NCBI GenBank assembly: GCA_965222605.1 | Contig: OZ244960.1 | Span: forward strand, 4,032,001 to 4,096,000 | Reading direction: 5' to 3' | Source: Candidatus Latescibacterota bacterium | GTDB lineage: Bacteria; Latescibacterota; UBA2968 | Length of the DNA stretch: 64,000 nt | Notes under the pieces: model-generated | What the model was told of the DNA's origin: nothing | Databases searched by the model: none | The model's input: only the letters and a program-made list of their open reading frames with translations | Shown here: in pieces, positions 18,026 through 28,900 of the stretch | Position numbering within the stretch: position 1 is the stretch's first letter | Layout: each line of letters begins with the position of its first letter | Translations under genes and position numbers: made by a program

Positions 18026-21000
18026 ATGTACAGAAAATGTCTGGGTTTTGTTCTCGTTATGATTTTTGCCCTCGGTTTTGTCAGCCTGGCCGAGGCGGCA
18101 ACAACGGGAAAAATTACTGGCCGTATAGTCGATAAGGCTGGAGAGGCTCTGCCGGGTGCCAACGTGTTGGTGGAGGGGACGACCCGTGGGGCAACAACTG
18201 ATGGGGAGGGGTATTATTTTGTCCTGTCTGTCGATCCGGGGACCTACACGGTGAAGGCGTCGATGGTTGGGTACACGGGTGCAACCAAGTCCGATGTGCG
18301 GGTTGCGTCAGATCTGACGACGACTGTGAATTTCTCGCTCAATGAAGCAACTCTGGAACTGGGTGAGTTGACCGTGATTGCAGAGCGGCCCCCGGTAGAG
18401 GCAGATGTGACGGGAAGCCGTTATGTGGTGACCGCCGAGGATATTGCGGTGCTGCCCATTGTCCGCGATCTGGATTCATTTATTGAACTGGAGGCGGGTG
18501 TCAATACCGATGGCACAAATCGGATCCGCAATGCCTTTCTGGGCGGTAATGGCGGCGAATTGGCCGAGTATGTGGTAGATGGTGTGCGCCTGACGCACTC
18601 GGACGGGCGGCGTGGAACAGGCAACCGTGGAGGTACGCGGAACTGGAGCGGCGATGTCAATACGTCGGCGATTTCAGAGATCACGGTGTTGGCCGGCGGG
18701 TTGAATGCCGAATACGGCAATACCGGTTCCATCCAGATTATAACCAAAGATGGTGGTCGGGACTACCACGGACAGTTTCACTATCGGTACTCGCCAGCGC
18801 AACAGAAGCACTGGGGCAACAATGCTTACGATAGCTTCGTACATCAGGGTCGGCTGCAATATGGCGATTCTGAGTGGGCCAATGAAACAGCCAATGGTCG
18901 GAAGGTGCATCAGCGGCCTTCGAGCGATTATACAGATGTGCAAGGGCATTTTTTAGAGACATCTCTTTCGGGGCCTATTAACCGTGATCTGTCGTTCTTT
19001 GCCACCACAAAGCACGATATTCAGGCGCGGAACCTGCCCCAGCCGACTGAGCGCGAGCCATTTAACGCGGATGTGAGCTACAAAGTGACCTATAGCGCCA
19101 CGCCCGATATCAAGCTCCGTGTGGGTGGGCTGTATTCCAGCCGCCAAGGTCGCTATGCAGACAGCTTTAATTCCAGGGCAATTTTCCTTGAAGAACGCGG
19201 ACGCTATGGGGGTGAGTGGCAAGTGACGGACAACATGTTCTATGTGTCCAGCATCCACACCCTATCGGCAAAGACGTTTTACGAGGTGCGGCTGTCGTAT
19301 ATTGCCAGCAAGCAGGATACTCTTGACATCCCCAGTACGACGGTGAATCCATCCTTAGACAACGAAGGGTGGTACTACACCGATTCCGGGCAGGTGCGGG
19401 ATCTGCGCGTCGGGCAGCAAAACAAGCTGGCAGCGCGGTTCGATCTGGCCAGCCAGGTGACCCGCACGCACTTTCTGAAGGGCGGTTTTACATTTTATCG
19501 CTACGACAACTGGAAGACCGAGACCTACGAAGATGTGGATGAGCGGAATCGATGGCTGATTTACTGGGGCAAGCGCTATGAACCCGGTGTGGGGATTACG
19601 CCCACCGAGCTCCACGCTTATGTGCAGGACAAGATGGAGTTTGAAGGACTGATCATCAATGCGGGCTTCCGCTACGAGCGGTATAGCGGCGGAGTGGTTC
19701 CCCTCCATCCCTATCAGGGCGCGCCGATGGGCTACAACTACACGCGCTTCCGGAACCATACGATGTATGGCGATATGCAGCCGATGAACTGGTTTATGCC
19801 CCGGGTTGGGATATCGCATCCGATTACGGCCAAGTCGAAGATTCACTTCTTCTACGGGAAGTTCCACACCCGTCCGGACTTCCAGCGGATATACCAGCAG
19901 AACTGGCGGGCGACGGGGCCGCACTCGATCGATCGCAACAACGATGGAAACATCAGTGCTGAAGAGTACAACAACAACCTGGTCCGCAACGACTCGTTTG
20001 GCTCGGGATTTGTGATTGATCAGTTCTTCTCCTTGCAGCATTCGCAGGTCTCTACGGCTTTTGAACTGGGCACGGAGTGGAATTTCATCAGCGACTATTC
20101 CTTCCAGGGTACTGCCTATTACCGCATCACCAATGGATTTTTGAGTGTTAATACTGCTCGCTTCCAGGACCCACAGATTGGTAGCAAGGCCAAGACTCGT
20201 TCGCAGGGTCCGAGAGGCCACACCACGACCCGTGGTATCGAACTGGCATTGAAGAAGGGGTTGAAGCACAACTTCTCGTTCAAAGCCGCACTCAATTTCG
20301 GCTGGGGCGAGCGCCTGACCATTGGCGGCACCAAGCGGGGCAATATGGGCGGCAATATTTATCCGGATGCATCGTATATTGCCGATCCCAACCGGTACTG
20401 GGTACAGCACACGATTGACCCGAATACGGGTGCAGAGATCCCCGCTCCGCCGACCGGCGCCAAGTTGGAGGAATTGAAGGCAAAGGCGCAGGAGGTAGTA
20501 GATAAGGGTCTGGCTGGCGAGTTCGGCGTGGGTGCGATGTATGCGACCAACGATGGGAAATTTTATCCCCTGTGGGAGCAGAGCGGGCTGTCCAGTGAGG
20601 AGCGAGCAGCGCTGCAAGGGCTTTACGCCTTTTCGACGACGGGCTGGAGTGTGGAAGGCGGGCGCAGCGATGCCACGCGGACAAATGGGAGCCTGGTGCT
20701 GGTCTATGCCAGCCCACCCGATTTTGGTCCCGGCGAGATGTTCTGGGGCAGCAAGCTGTTCGGCGATGTTCGGGTGAACATGATCTACCGCATCTTCACG
20801 GGGCGAATCTTCGATTTCCAGGATCCGAAAACCAGTCTGAACCTGAAGAAAGAGGGTCCCACGATCTCGTCGGTAGATTTCAGCTTCCAGAAAGGGTTCA
20901 ACATCAGGGGCATCCGCCCGTTGCTTTATGTGGAGATCGAAAATTTGTTCAATTTCAAAGGCTCGCCATCCACGAGCGCAGACTACGTGCGGTGGGGATT

Positions 21001-21121
21001 GCTTGAATCACAGCCTACCAATCCGTTGTTCGTGCAGTTCGGCGGCGATGCCAGTGAGTTGAGCAGATATACGAGGACCGATCCGCGTTTGGTATTTGCA
21101 GGGTTGCGGTTGACCTGGTAA
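18026..21121 (+). CDS. TonB-dependent receptor with N-terminal carboxypeptidase-regulatory-like domain, module 1
   Basis: GKITGRIVD...LPGANV...GATTDGEG N-domain, plug motif GGLNAEYGN, YVQDKMEFEGLIINAGFRY, PRVGISHPIT, C-terminal RLTW. Confidence 0.9.
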   Translation: MYRKCLGFVLVMIFALGFVSLAEAATTGKITGRIVDKAGEALPGANVLVEGTTRGATTDGEGYYFVLSVDPGTYTVKASMVGYTGATKSDVRVASDLTTTVNFSLNEATLELGELTVIAERPPVEADVTGSRYVVTAEDIAVLPIVRDLDSFIELEAGVNTDGTNRIRNAFLGGNGGELAEYVVDGVRLTHSDGRRGTGNRGGTRNWSGDVNTSAISEITVLAGGLNAEYGNTGSIQIITKDGGRDYHGQFHYRYSPAQQKHWGNNAYDSFVHQGRLQYGDSEWANETANGRKVHQRPSSDYTDVQGHFLETSLSGPINRDLSFFATTKHDIQARNLPQPTEREPFNADVSYKVTYSATPDIKLRVGGLYSSRQGRYADSFNSRAIFLEERGRYGGEWQVTDNMFYVSSIHTLSAKTFYEVRLSYIASKQDTLDIPSTTVNPSLDNEGWYYTDSGQVRDLRVGQQNKLAARFDLASQVTRTHFLKGGFTFYRYDNWKTETYEDVDERNRWLIYWGKRYEPGVGITPTELHAYVQDKMEFEGLIINAGFRYERYSGGVVPLHPYQGAPMGYNYTRFRNHTMYGDMQPMNWFMPRVGISHPITAKSKIHFFYGKFHTRPDFQRIYQQNWRATGPHSIDRNNDGNISAEEYNNNLVRNDSFGSGFVIDQFFSLQHSQVSTAFELGTEWNFISDYSFQGTAYYRITNGFLSVNTARFQDPQIGSKAKTRSQGPRGHTTTRGIELALKKGLKHNFSFKAALNFGWGERLTIGGTKRGNMGGNIYPDASYIADPNRYWVQHTIDPNTGAEIPAPPTGAKLEELKAKAQEVVDKGLAGEFGVGAMYATNDGKFYPLWEQSGLSSEERAALQGLYAFSTTGWSVEGGRSDATRTNGSLVLVYASPPDFGPGEMFWGSKLFGDVRVNMIYRIFTGRIFDFQDPKTSLNLKKEGPTISSVDFSFQKGFNIRGIRPLLYVEIENLFNFKGSPSTSADYVRWGLLESQPTNPLFVQFGGDASELSRYTRTDPRLVFAGLRLTW

Positions 21122-21188
21122 GCAGGCACAGTGCCGCGGTGTGGGCGGAGTGTCCACACCGCGGATCCAACTTAATAGAGGATATGAC

Positions 21189-23693
21189 ATGAAAATGTAT
21201 GCGAAATTTTCTCGCACGGCCGGGGCAATCCTTGTGGGAATCTTTGTGATGTCGCTGGCCTGCGAGGTAGCCGCTCAGAATATTCCTCGGCTACCGTGGC
21301 GCAACCTGCGGCGCAGCAAGCTCTGGACGGGGCTGATGAACACGGGCATGCACGGTCCGGATCGAGATGGGAGCCGGCGCGCCAGCATGGAGGGCGTGAC
21401 CTACCCGGGTCGCAACCGCTTGCCGGGCAGTTTGTGGGATAGTCGCGGATGGCCGGGGTCCAATCAGTGGGTGCAAAACTATTTGCTGAGAACGGCCACA
21501 GCGCGGAGCCTGGGAACATTTATTATTACCAGGCCCGACCCATCAGAATACACGCCCTCGCGCGGCAAAGAACTCGTGGTATCGTTTACGAGCTTGACCA
21601 CCAGCCCGGATATCACGCCGATGGCGTATCCAGTGAGTACGGAAATCGAAGGGCAAATGGGTGTGGGGATGGACCCACAGCATCCGCTCAAGGGAGTTCC
21701 GATCGCGGAGGCCAAGAACTGGTATCCGGGGCAGCCGCACCCGGGTGTGGACAATATTGTGGAGATCCACAACTGGGATTTCCATACGTATATGAAGCCA
21801 GAGCACAAGCGGTTTGGAGAACTGGTGGCGATTGCCAAGTGGACGACAGAGGCCGGGATCCAGGGCACGAAGAAGATCTACCAGTGGACGTTCCGTGACT
21901 GGGACGACTTCATCATTGTGGAGAATGTGTTTGAGAACACGGGAGACTCCGACGGCGATGGCGTTGCCGACTTGAACGGTGGTGCTGGACTGAACCTGAA
22001 GGATGTTTACTTCGCGTTTTACAACTATTTCTGGCCCACAGAAGGCGGCACGGCCAATCGCGACCGAGTAGATAGAGCGCGCGGGTACTACTACTGGCTG
22101 TTGCGCCGGCAAGAGTCGGAGAACTACAATGTGATCCAGGACGATGTGTACCGCTACACCGAGGCGGCTAACTATGGGACAGCTGACCCGAATCACGCGG
22201 ATGTGGCTGACGCTGTGGGCATGAAGATGAGCTATGCGTTTGACTGGGACTCTCCGCTGACGGCGCACGACGATGCGGGCGACCCCCACCAGCCAGAAAG
22301 CCAGTGCTGCTGGGGGCGGCTGAACTTCCAACTGCGCGGAGAACTCCTGGCCGGGCAGTACGTGGGGGCGATTCCGATTGACTACACGCCGCCTTTTGTG
22401 AACGACGACTATGCAAATTACATAGCTCCAAAGGTGGCAGAGCAGCCCTTTGCTGCGCCGTGGTTCACCCACAAAGAAGAACCGGACATCAACCGGCACA
22501 GCACCGACGAGATCGGTATTGCGCTGGTGTCGGTGGCTAAGCCGGGCGAGCGGGTGAGCATGTACAATATCGCCGGACGCACGGGCTGGCCGGACAATCC
22601 GACTGCACCTCTGCCAGTGCAGGACAACCCCACGCGACGGGGCGAGACTCCCGAGCAACCCATGTCGCCCAACTGGCATGCGTTTTCTCACACTTATGGT
22701 CCCTACGATTTGCAAAAGGGAGACCGCGTGAAGATCGTGACGGCTTTTACAGCATCGATGCCAGTAGAGGAAAATATGTGGGGCTGGCAGCGGAATATCC
22801 CGCAGAATCAGGCCGATTTGCACACGGACAAGGCCATGCGGAATTTGATGAGGCACGCACAGCACGCACAGGCGATGTACGAACTGGGCGGCGATGTGCC
22901 ACTCCCGCCGCCGGATATCCACACCTGGATCGCGAACACACCGGCAGCTACGGCCAAAATTAGCTGGCAGAGCATCGACGATCTGGAAGATCCCGATTAT
23001 GCGGGTACTGCCGAGGCCAAGGATATTGCAGGCTACCGGCTTTACCGCAGCGATTTTTACTTCGACAACTGGCAACTCCTGAAGGATATCAAGGTCGGAG
23101 ACGCAACCCACAAAGAAGGTGATCGGTATTCTTACACCGACGATACATCTCTGGCCGGATTTGCGTACTACTATGCGGTGACGGCTTATGACACCGGGCA
23201 CAGCACCTGGACCAGTAGCGATGGCAGCAAGACGCTGTCCGATTTGCCACCGGCTGCCCAGCAGTCGGTGCAGAGCGGGCTGGAGAGCGGATTATCTGCT
23301 CCCGAGCAGTTCTTCCGGTACTCATGGATACCCACGAGTCCGGCAGTGGCCGCTTATGCAGAGGCCGAACGCCTGGAAGCGAAGGTGTCTGTGGTGCCCA
23401 ATCCCTTTTTGGCCGATGGTTCTCACGCTTATGAAGGGTCGGATAAAATTCGGTTCGTGAATTTGCCGTCCAGGTGCAATGTGAAGATTTTCTCGGTTTC
23501 CGGAGATCTGATGTCGGAGTTTGACCACGATAATCCGACGGTTGGAGAAGCGGAATATATCCAGCTCACCAAGGCGGTGACAGGACAGGTTCCGGCCGGG
23601 GTCTATTTCTTCGTGGTGAAGTCCCTGACGCCAGAAAGCAATGGAAAGATCCAGCGCGGGACATTTGTGGTGGTCGGGGGATCTGTCAGGTAA
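21189..23693 (+). CDS. Large secreted protein with FN3-like and T9SS type-A-like C-terminal sorting domain, module 1
   Basis: ATG at 21189 after AGAGGA, signal peptide, DIAGYRLYRS...YYYAVTAYD, and C-terminal VSVVPNPF...IRFVNLP...KIFSVSGDL...GVYFFVV. Confidence 0.7.
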   Translation: MKMYAKFSRTAGAILVGIFVMSLACEVAAQNIPRLPWRNLRRSKLWTGLMNTGMHGPDRDGSRRASMEGVTYPGRNRLPGSLWDSRGWPGSNQWVQNYLLRTATARSLGTFIITRPDPSEYTPSRGKELVVSFTSLTTSPDITPMAYPVSTEIEGQMGVGMDPQHPLKGVPIAEAKNWYPGQPHPGVDNIVEIHNWDFHTYMKPEHKRFGELVAIAKWTTEAGIQGTKKIYQWTFRDWDDFIIVENVFENTGDSDGDGVADLNGGAGLNLKDVYFAFYNYFWPTEGGTANRDRVDRARGYYYWLLRRQESENYNVIQDDVYRYTEAANYGTADPNHADVADAVGMKMSYAFDWDSPLTAHDDAGDPHQPESQCCWGRLNFQLRGELLAGQYVGAIPIDYTPPFVNDDYANYIAPKVAEQPFAAPWFTHKEEPDINRHSTDEIGIALVSVAKPGERVSMYNIAGRTGWPDNPTAPLPVQDNPTRRGETPEQPMSPNWHAFSHTYGPYDLQKGDRVKIVTAFTASMPVEENMWGWQRNIPQNQADLHTDKAMRNLMRHAQHAQAMYELGGDVPLPPPDIHTWIANTPAATAKISWQSIDDLEDPDYAGTAEAKDIAGYRLYRSDFYFDNWQLLKDIKVGDATHKEGDRYSYTDDTSLAGFAYYYAVTAYDTGHSTWTSSDGSKTLSDLPPAAQQSVQSGLESGLSAPEQFFRYSWIPTSPAVAAYAEAERLEAKVSVVPNPFLADGSHAYEGSDKIRFVNLPSRCNVKIFSVSGDLMSEFDHDNPTVGEAEYIQLTKAVTGQVPAGVYFFVVKSLTPESNGKIQRGTFVVVGGSVR

Positions 23694-23745
23694 TCGGCGG
23701 GCGGTAGGTCTGTGCCTATCGCCCCTCTGAATAAGGAGTGCAAGT

Positions 23746-24687
23746 ATGTATAAAAAAGTTTTTGTCATCTGCGTGCTCGCCACGACACTGATGGCCGTTC
23801 CAGCAGATGCAGGTGGGCTTATCAAGCGGCCGGACTTGACAATCTTCTCACCCCTTGCGGTGGCGCAAAGCCCTCGAGCCGTGGCAATGGGGAGTGCTTA
23901 TGCAACTATCGCAGACGATGTCAATGCCGCGTGGTGGAATCCAGCCGGGATGACAGGCGTGGAGAAAGTGGAAGTGTCGCTGAGCCATTCGATGTGGTTC
24001 GTAAATTCTAAATTCAACACCGGGGCTATAGCTTATACAAGCGGTGTGCATACCATCGGGGTCAGTATCCTGACCTTTAAGCCAGAGGATGTAGAGGAGA
24101 CCACGATTTTGCAGCCGGGAGGCACGGGTCGAATCCTCAGCCTGGGCACATCGGCTTTTAGTCTCATTTATAGCCGCAAGTTCACGGACAAGCTGTCCTT
24201 TGGCATCCGATTTATGTTGGCTCGCGAGGATCTGGACCTGACCAACCACACGACTTTCAATGTGGATTTCGGCACCAAGTTCTACACCGGGCTTGGCAGC
24301 CTGAGACTGTCAATGGCACTGCGGAACTTCGGAAAGGACACAGAGGTGTTGCGGCGGCAGTTCCAGCAACCTCTGTCGTTCAATCTGGGAACCGCTGCCG
24401 AGGTCTATGGGCAGCAAGGCGATCCGTTTTATATCACCGGGGCGTTTGAGATGAACTTCCTGATCAACTGGGAAGAGCGCTACCATGTGGGCGGCGAAGC
24501 CTGGGTGGGCAATATGCTGGCGCTGAGGGCGGGGTATATGTTCCGCTACGATTCCTTTGGGGTTACAGCAGGTGCAGGCGTGAAGTTGCCCCTGGTCGGG
24601 ACAAAGATCACGGCGGATGTGGCGTGGCAGCAGTCCAAACACGATCTGAATACACCCTTGCGGTTTGGGGTGGGTTTCGCATTTTAG
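23746..24687 (+). CDS. PorV/PorQ-family outer-membrane barrel, module 1
   Basis: PRAVAMGSAY...DDVNAAWWNPAG (FadL/PorV NPA motif), EETTILQPGGTG, C-terminal GFAF. Confidence 0.8.
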   Translation: MYKKVFVICVLATTLMAVPADAGGLIKRPDLTIFSPLAVAQSPRAVAMGSAYATIADDVNAAWWNPAGMTGVEKVEVSLSHSMWFVNSKFNTGAIAYTSGVHTIGVSILTFKPEDVEETTILQPGGTGRILSLGTSAFSLIYSRKFTDKLSFGIRFMLAREDLDLTNHTTFNVDFGTKFYTGLGSLRLSMALRNFGKDTEVLRRQFQQPLSFNLGTAAEVYGQQGDPFYITGAFEMNFLINWEERYHVGGEAWVGNMLALRAGYMFRYDSFGVTAGAGVKLPLVGTKITADVAWQQSKHDLNTPLRFGVGFAF

Positions 24688-24706
24688 TCCGCTGTGTTGA
24701 GCATGT

Positions 24707-24741
24707 AAAAAGGCGACCGAGTTTTTCGGTCGCCTTTTTTT
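24707..24741 (+). terminator. Rho-independent terminator of module 1
   Basis: AAAAGGCGACCGA-gtttt-TCGGTCGCCTTTTTTT. Confidence 0.85.
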
Positions 24742-24764
24742 GATTTTGCCATCTCTCTATTTTT

Positions 24765-24945
24765 TATATGGGAAGAACGTTTCAAGCACCACGAAAATGC
24801 TGAACACGATAGCGGATATACTCCCTCAAGGTTTAAGGGATGTGTTAATTCCTGGGTTAGACGTGTTAATTTCGTCAATAACTGTTAGAAGAACCAGGCA
24901 ACGGACTCGGCACAGCATATCAGGAGGTTTTTGCTGGCCGCTGCC
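24765..24945 (+). pseudogene. Relic of a second DUF4955-like gene, joined to a copy of the giant gene's 3' flank
   Basis: 24805-24879 matches 12420-12494 (HDSGY...CVNSWVRRVNFVN) and 24882-24944 matches 13502-13564. Confidence 0.85.
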
Positions 24946-25180
24946 TATAAAAAAAATGATTGCATAGCTGATGTATTTTTTTTACATTACATCGAATTTT
25001 TGGAAACAATTTTGAAACAAACTTTTAATCTGTTATGTCTTGATGGCTATTTTTGCGTTGTATGTTTCAGATATGATAACAAAAAAAAGGAGGTGATGGA
25101 TGGAGATAAATTTGTTTTGCGTTGCATAGTAAAGTTGTTGAGTCGTTCATTTTTCGCAGTTTGCGAAAGGAGGTAGCACT

Positions 25181-25954
25181 TTGAGATGGTTTAAAGTTTT
25201 AAGTTTTGTCGTGGCAGGTGTGTTGGCTTCGGCAAGCATGTCATCGGCACAGGTTGCCGACAAATGGGGTTTGGGCGGGTTTGTCAGCTATACGAATCCC
25301 ATGTTCACATTTGGTGAACGGTTTGGCAGTGGCGTAAATAAATGGGGGCTTACAGCCAGTCGTGTGACCAGCTCTCGCCTGACCATTGAAGCCGAGTATC
25401 ACCACACTCAGATGGATGGTGGCGTCTTGGAAAGCGGTGAGTTTTCCTGGTCCCCAAAGGCTTTGACAGCCAAACAATATAGCAGCAAAGATATCAACCC
25501 GAACAGTTCACACACGAATCGCTTTAATAGTGTGCTATTGTCCGGGTTGTGGTTTTTTAATGCGGACCGTTCAATGGATGAGGGGAGTTTTTCGCCCTAT
25601 ATCGTTGCAGGTGGCGGTTTGTACGATCACAAGACCGTAGCAGAAAATATCGTTTGGCCCGGGCAGAGTCCGACCGATGCCAACGGTGTAGATGCGACGA
25701 ATGTGGATGCCCAGGGCGATATCTTGCCCCAGGTGGTGATGGACCGTCAGGAAGATACGCGTACGGCCGTGACCGCAGTTTTGGGGTTGGGGTTGGAAGC
25801 GCATTTGACGCAGACGATCGCGCTGGATGTGCGTGCGCGGTATCATTTTATTCTCGGCGAATTCCGCCCTCGAGATGCGTGGGGCCTGGACAAGGCATTT
25901 CCGCTTCAGATGTTTGATCTGAGTGCCGGGTTCAAGTTTTATTTTTGGGACTAA
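25181..25954 (+). CDS. Small outer-membrane beta-barrel, module 2
   Basis: TTG start after AAAGGAGG, signal peptide, FSPYIVAGGG, ends FYFWD. Paralog of 17305-18003. Confidence 0.75.
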   Translation: MRWFKVLSFVVAGVLASASMSSAQVADKWGLGGFVSYTNPMFTFGERFGSGVNKWGLTASRVTSSRLTIEAEYHHTQMDGGVLESGEFSWSPKALTAKQYSSKDINPNSSHTNRFNSVLLSGLWFFNADRSMDEGSFSPYIVAGGGLYDHKTVAENIVWPGQSPTDANGVDATNVDAQGDILPQVVMDRQEDTRTAVTAVLGLGLEAHLTQTIALDVRARYHFILGEFRPRDAWGLDKAFPLQMFDLSAGFKFYFWD

Positions 25955-25969
25955 AGGAGGTAAAAGTTG

Positions 25970-28900
25970 ATGCATAAGTTATTAAAGACACTTTCAATAG
26001 TTGCACTGTCCTTGCTCGTTGGCGCGGGTGTTTCTTATGCCGCGACAACGGGAAAAGTGCAGGGTACAGTGCGCGACGCGCAGACGGATGAGGTCGTGCC
26101 GGGTGCCAATGTGGTGATCGATGGCACACAGCGCGGTGCCGTTACCGATACCGATGGATTTTTTCTTATTTTGCTCGTCGATCCCGGCTCGTATTCAATG
26201 ACGGCCTCGCTGGTGGGTTATGATGCACAGCGTCAGACCGATATCAGGGTTCAAACTGACTTGACGACGACGGTTGAATTCCAGATTCGGGAAGCAACGC
26301 TGGAATTGGGTGAAATCACGGTGATTGCAGAGCGCCCGCCCGTTGAGCCAGATAAGACGACGAGTAGGTATATTATGAGTGCCGAGGATCTGGAAGCCGT
26401 GCCCATCGTGCGCGATATGGGTCAGTTTATCGAGCTTCAGGCTGGTGTTTCAATCGATGCCGATGGTAATGAGATTATGATCCGCGGCGGCGATCCTGAC
26501 CATGTGGCATACATAGTGGATGGCGTTCGCATTGCTGCGAGTGCTCGCACGGGTATTGGGCGGAACCTGAACAAGAGTGCGGTTCAGGAACTCCAGGTGA
26601 TCACAGGCGGTTACAACGCCGAGTATGGCAATGCCCAGGGTGGTGTGGTTTCGATGGTGACGCGCGATGGTGGTTCGTCATACAGCGGTATGCTGGACTA
26701 TCGATTCACACCTTCGGGACAGAAGCACTGGGGTGCGAATGTGTACGATTCGCCTATGCACCGGGGCAATAACAAATGGGATAATCCCGACTGGGTTGCA
26801 GAGCAGATCGAGATCCCCGCAGACCTGGATGGCGATGGTGCCAATGACATCGTGCAGGCGCACAAGCGTCTGGACTACACGGGCAAAATGGGACATCGCA
26901 TCGATGGCAATATTGCGGGTCCTTTGAGCCAGGATCTGACATTTTTTGCCAGTACGGTCTGGCGCAAAGAGCCAGCGGCATTGTTGAGTGCCGATTTGAC
27001 GACGCCCCCGAATACGCGCAATACGGCGAAGCTGACGTTTTCTGCATCTCCCAGCTTGAAGTTGCGAGCAGGAGGGATTTACAATCGCCGCCAGGGTACC
27101 TTTGGCGGCCCAGGCGAAGGCGGCAGGTTGGATTTGCGCAATAGTGGTAAAAATATCTTTTTACACGTCGTAAATCCAACGGGTAAACTCATTTCCACAG
27201 ATGCGTTGTTTTACGGTGCTGTGACGCATTCTCTGTCGCCCAAGACCTTCTACGAAGTGAATCTGGCCTATTCGACTACTGTCCGCGACACAACGGGTTT
27301 TCAGCGCCACTTTAATGTGGGCGAAAATCTGACGTCTTCCAGCACAAAGGATGCGGCAGGGCACTACACGATTTACCGCGAAACGACCAACTGGAGCATA
27401 TGGGATTACAAGCGGTTGAGCTTTAAGGCAGATCTTTCCAGCCAGGTGAACAAGCAAAACTTTGTGAAAGTCGGCGTGGAAGTGATCCGATACAATAACT
27501 GGTATCAGCAGCGGCACTCAAATGGTCCCACGCACCGCAGTATTCGCTGGTTCTCCAAGAACTATACAGATACCGCATTCTGGCCAAATGGGAACAATAT
27601 GGGCCTCAATCCCCTTGATTTTGGCGTTTATATTCAGGACAAGATCGAGTTTGAGGGGATGATTGTGAATGCGGGCATGAGGGGCGAGCTTTTCTTCCCG
27701 AACACCTATATCAAAGACTCCGATGCCTGGTACGGTGCTAAGGCTCCGTGGGCTGGCATGACGCGTTCTGCCTATATTCCCACAGTCAAGGGCCCCTTGA
27801 TCAAAGCATTCCAGCCTCGCGTTGGCGTGTCGCATCCGATTACGGAAAAGAGTCTCGTGCGCTTTTTCTATGGTCGGTTTGTGCAGCGCCCGACTTTGTC
27901 CCAAATGTTCCAGAACCAGTTCACGTCCAATGAGGCCGTGGACAGGGATCTGAATGGCAATAGCGTGATTGATCCCGGCGAACAGTTCAACGAGTTCAAT
28001 GACTCGGGTTCACGGCACGGCACTCCGTACTTGCCTCCCGAAGAAACCACTTCTTTTGAAGTGGGCTTAGACTGGAACTTTGTGGGTGATTATGTGCTCG
28101 GTCTGACGACTTATTACAAAGCGTCGGGCAACGAGATCAGAAGTGCCTCACAGCAGTGGATTGATCCAGGAGGTCACCAGTATGTGACGGGTATTCAAGG
28201 CCATGGGCCGGGCAACTGGCGCGATGTTCGCGGTTTTGAGATCAATTTGCGCAAGAAATTCTCGAACATGTTCGCGTTCAATGTGGGCTACAACCTGCAG
28301 TGGGCAGACGGAGGGCGCAATAGCGCGCACCGCCGCGATGTATGGCCCGACTCTCAGTTCGTAGCCAGTGGGTACTACTGGAACACCTGGGATGTCGATC
28401 CCACGACAGGTGTAGAGAGTCCCGTGTCATTGCAGGAAAAAGCGCGTCGCGAAGGCCTGGCTGAAGATTTCTACGTCACCAAGTATGGTGAACAGGCGAA
28501 TCTTTATTTGAGGTCTCAACATACCAGAATAGTGAATTTCAGAGGCACCGGTGGTGCGTGGTCGTGGATTCCGTGGTATTCTCACTATTCGTCAGAGGGG
28601 GCGCAGTTTATTGCCGATGAAGCCCGCACGAGTTTAGGTCATTACGACGATGGAGACAGGGAATACTGGGAACGCGCTGGCAACCATCCCGGCAATCCGG
28701 GAAGTGGCGAAGGCACGTTGATGGTGGCGCACAACCAGGAATCTGGCGAGCGCGCCCCGCTGACCGCCGACCGCCGCAGTTTTGGTTCGATTACGTTCTT
28801 ATTTGCGACGCCATCGAACTACGGTCCTTTTGGTGGCAGAGCACTGGGCAATATTCGCTCCAATCTGGTGTATTATCTTTACGCGGGTAACAGGTTTACG

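Noticed and set aside
19355-23201. Long minus-strand ORFs (420 aa and 552 aa)
   Set aside because: Shadows of the TBDR and cargo genes, caused by codon bias.
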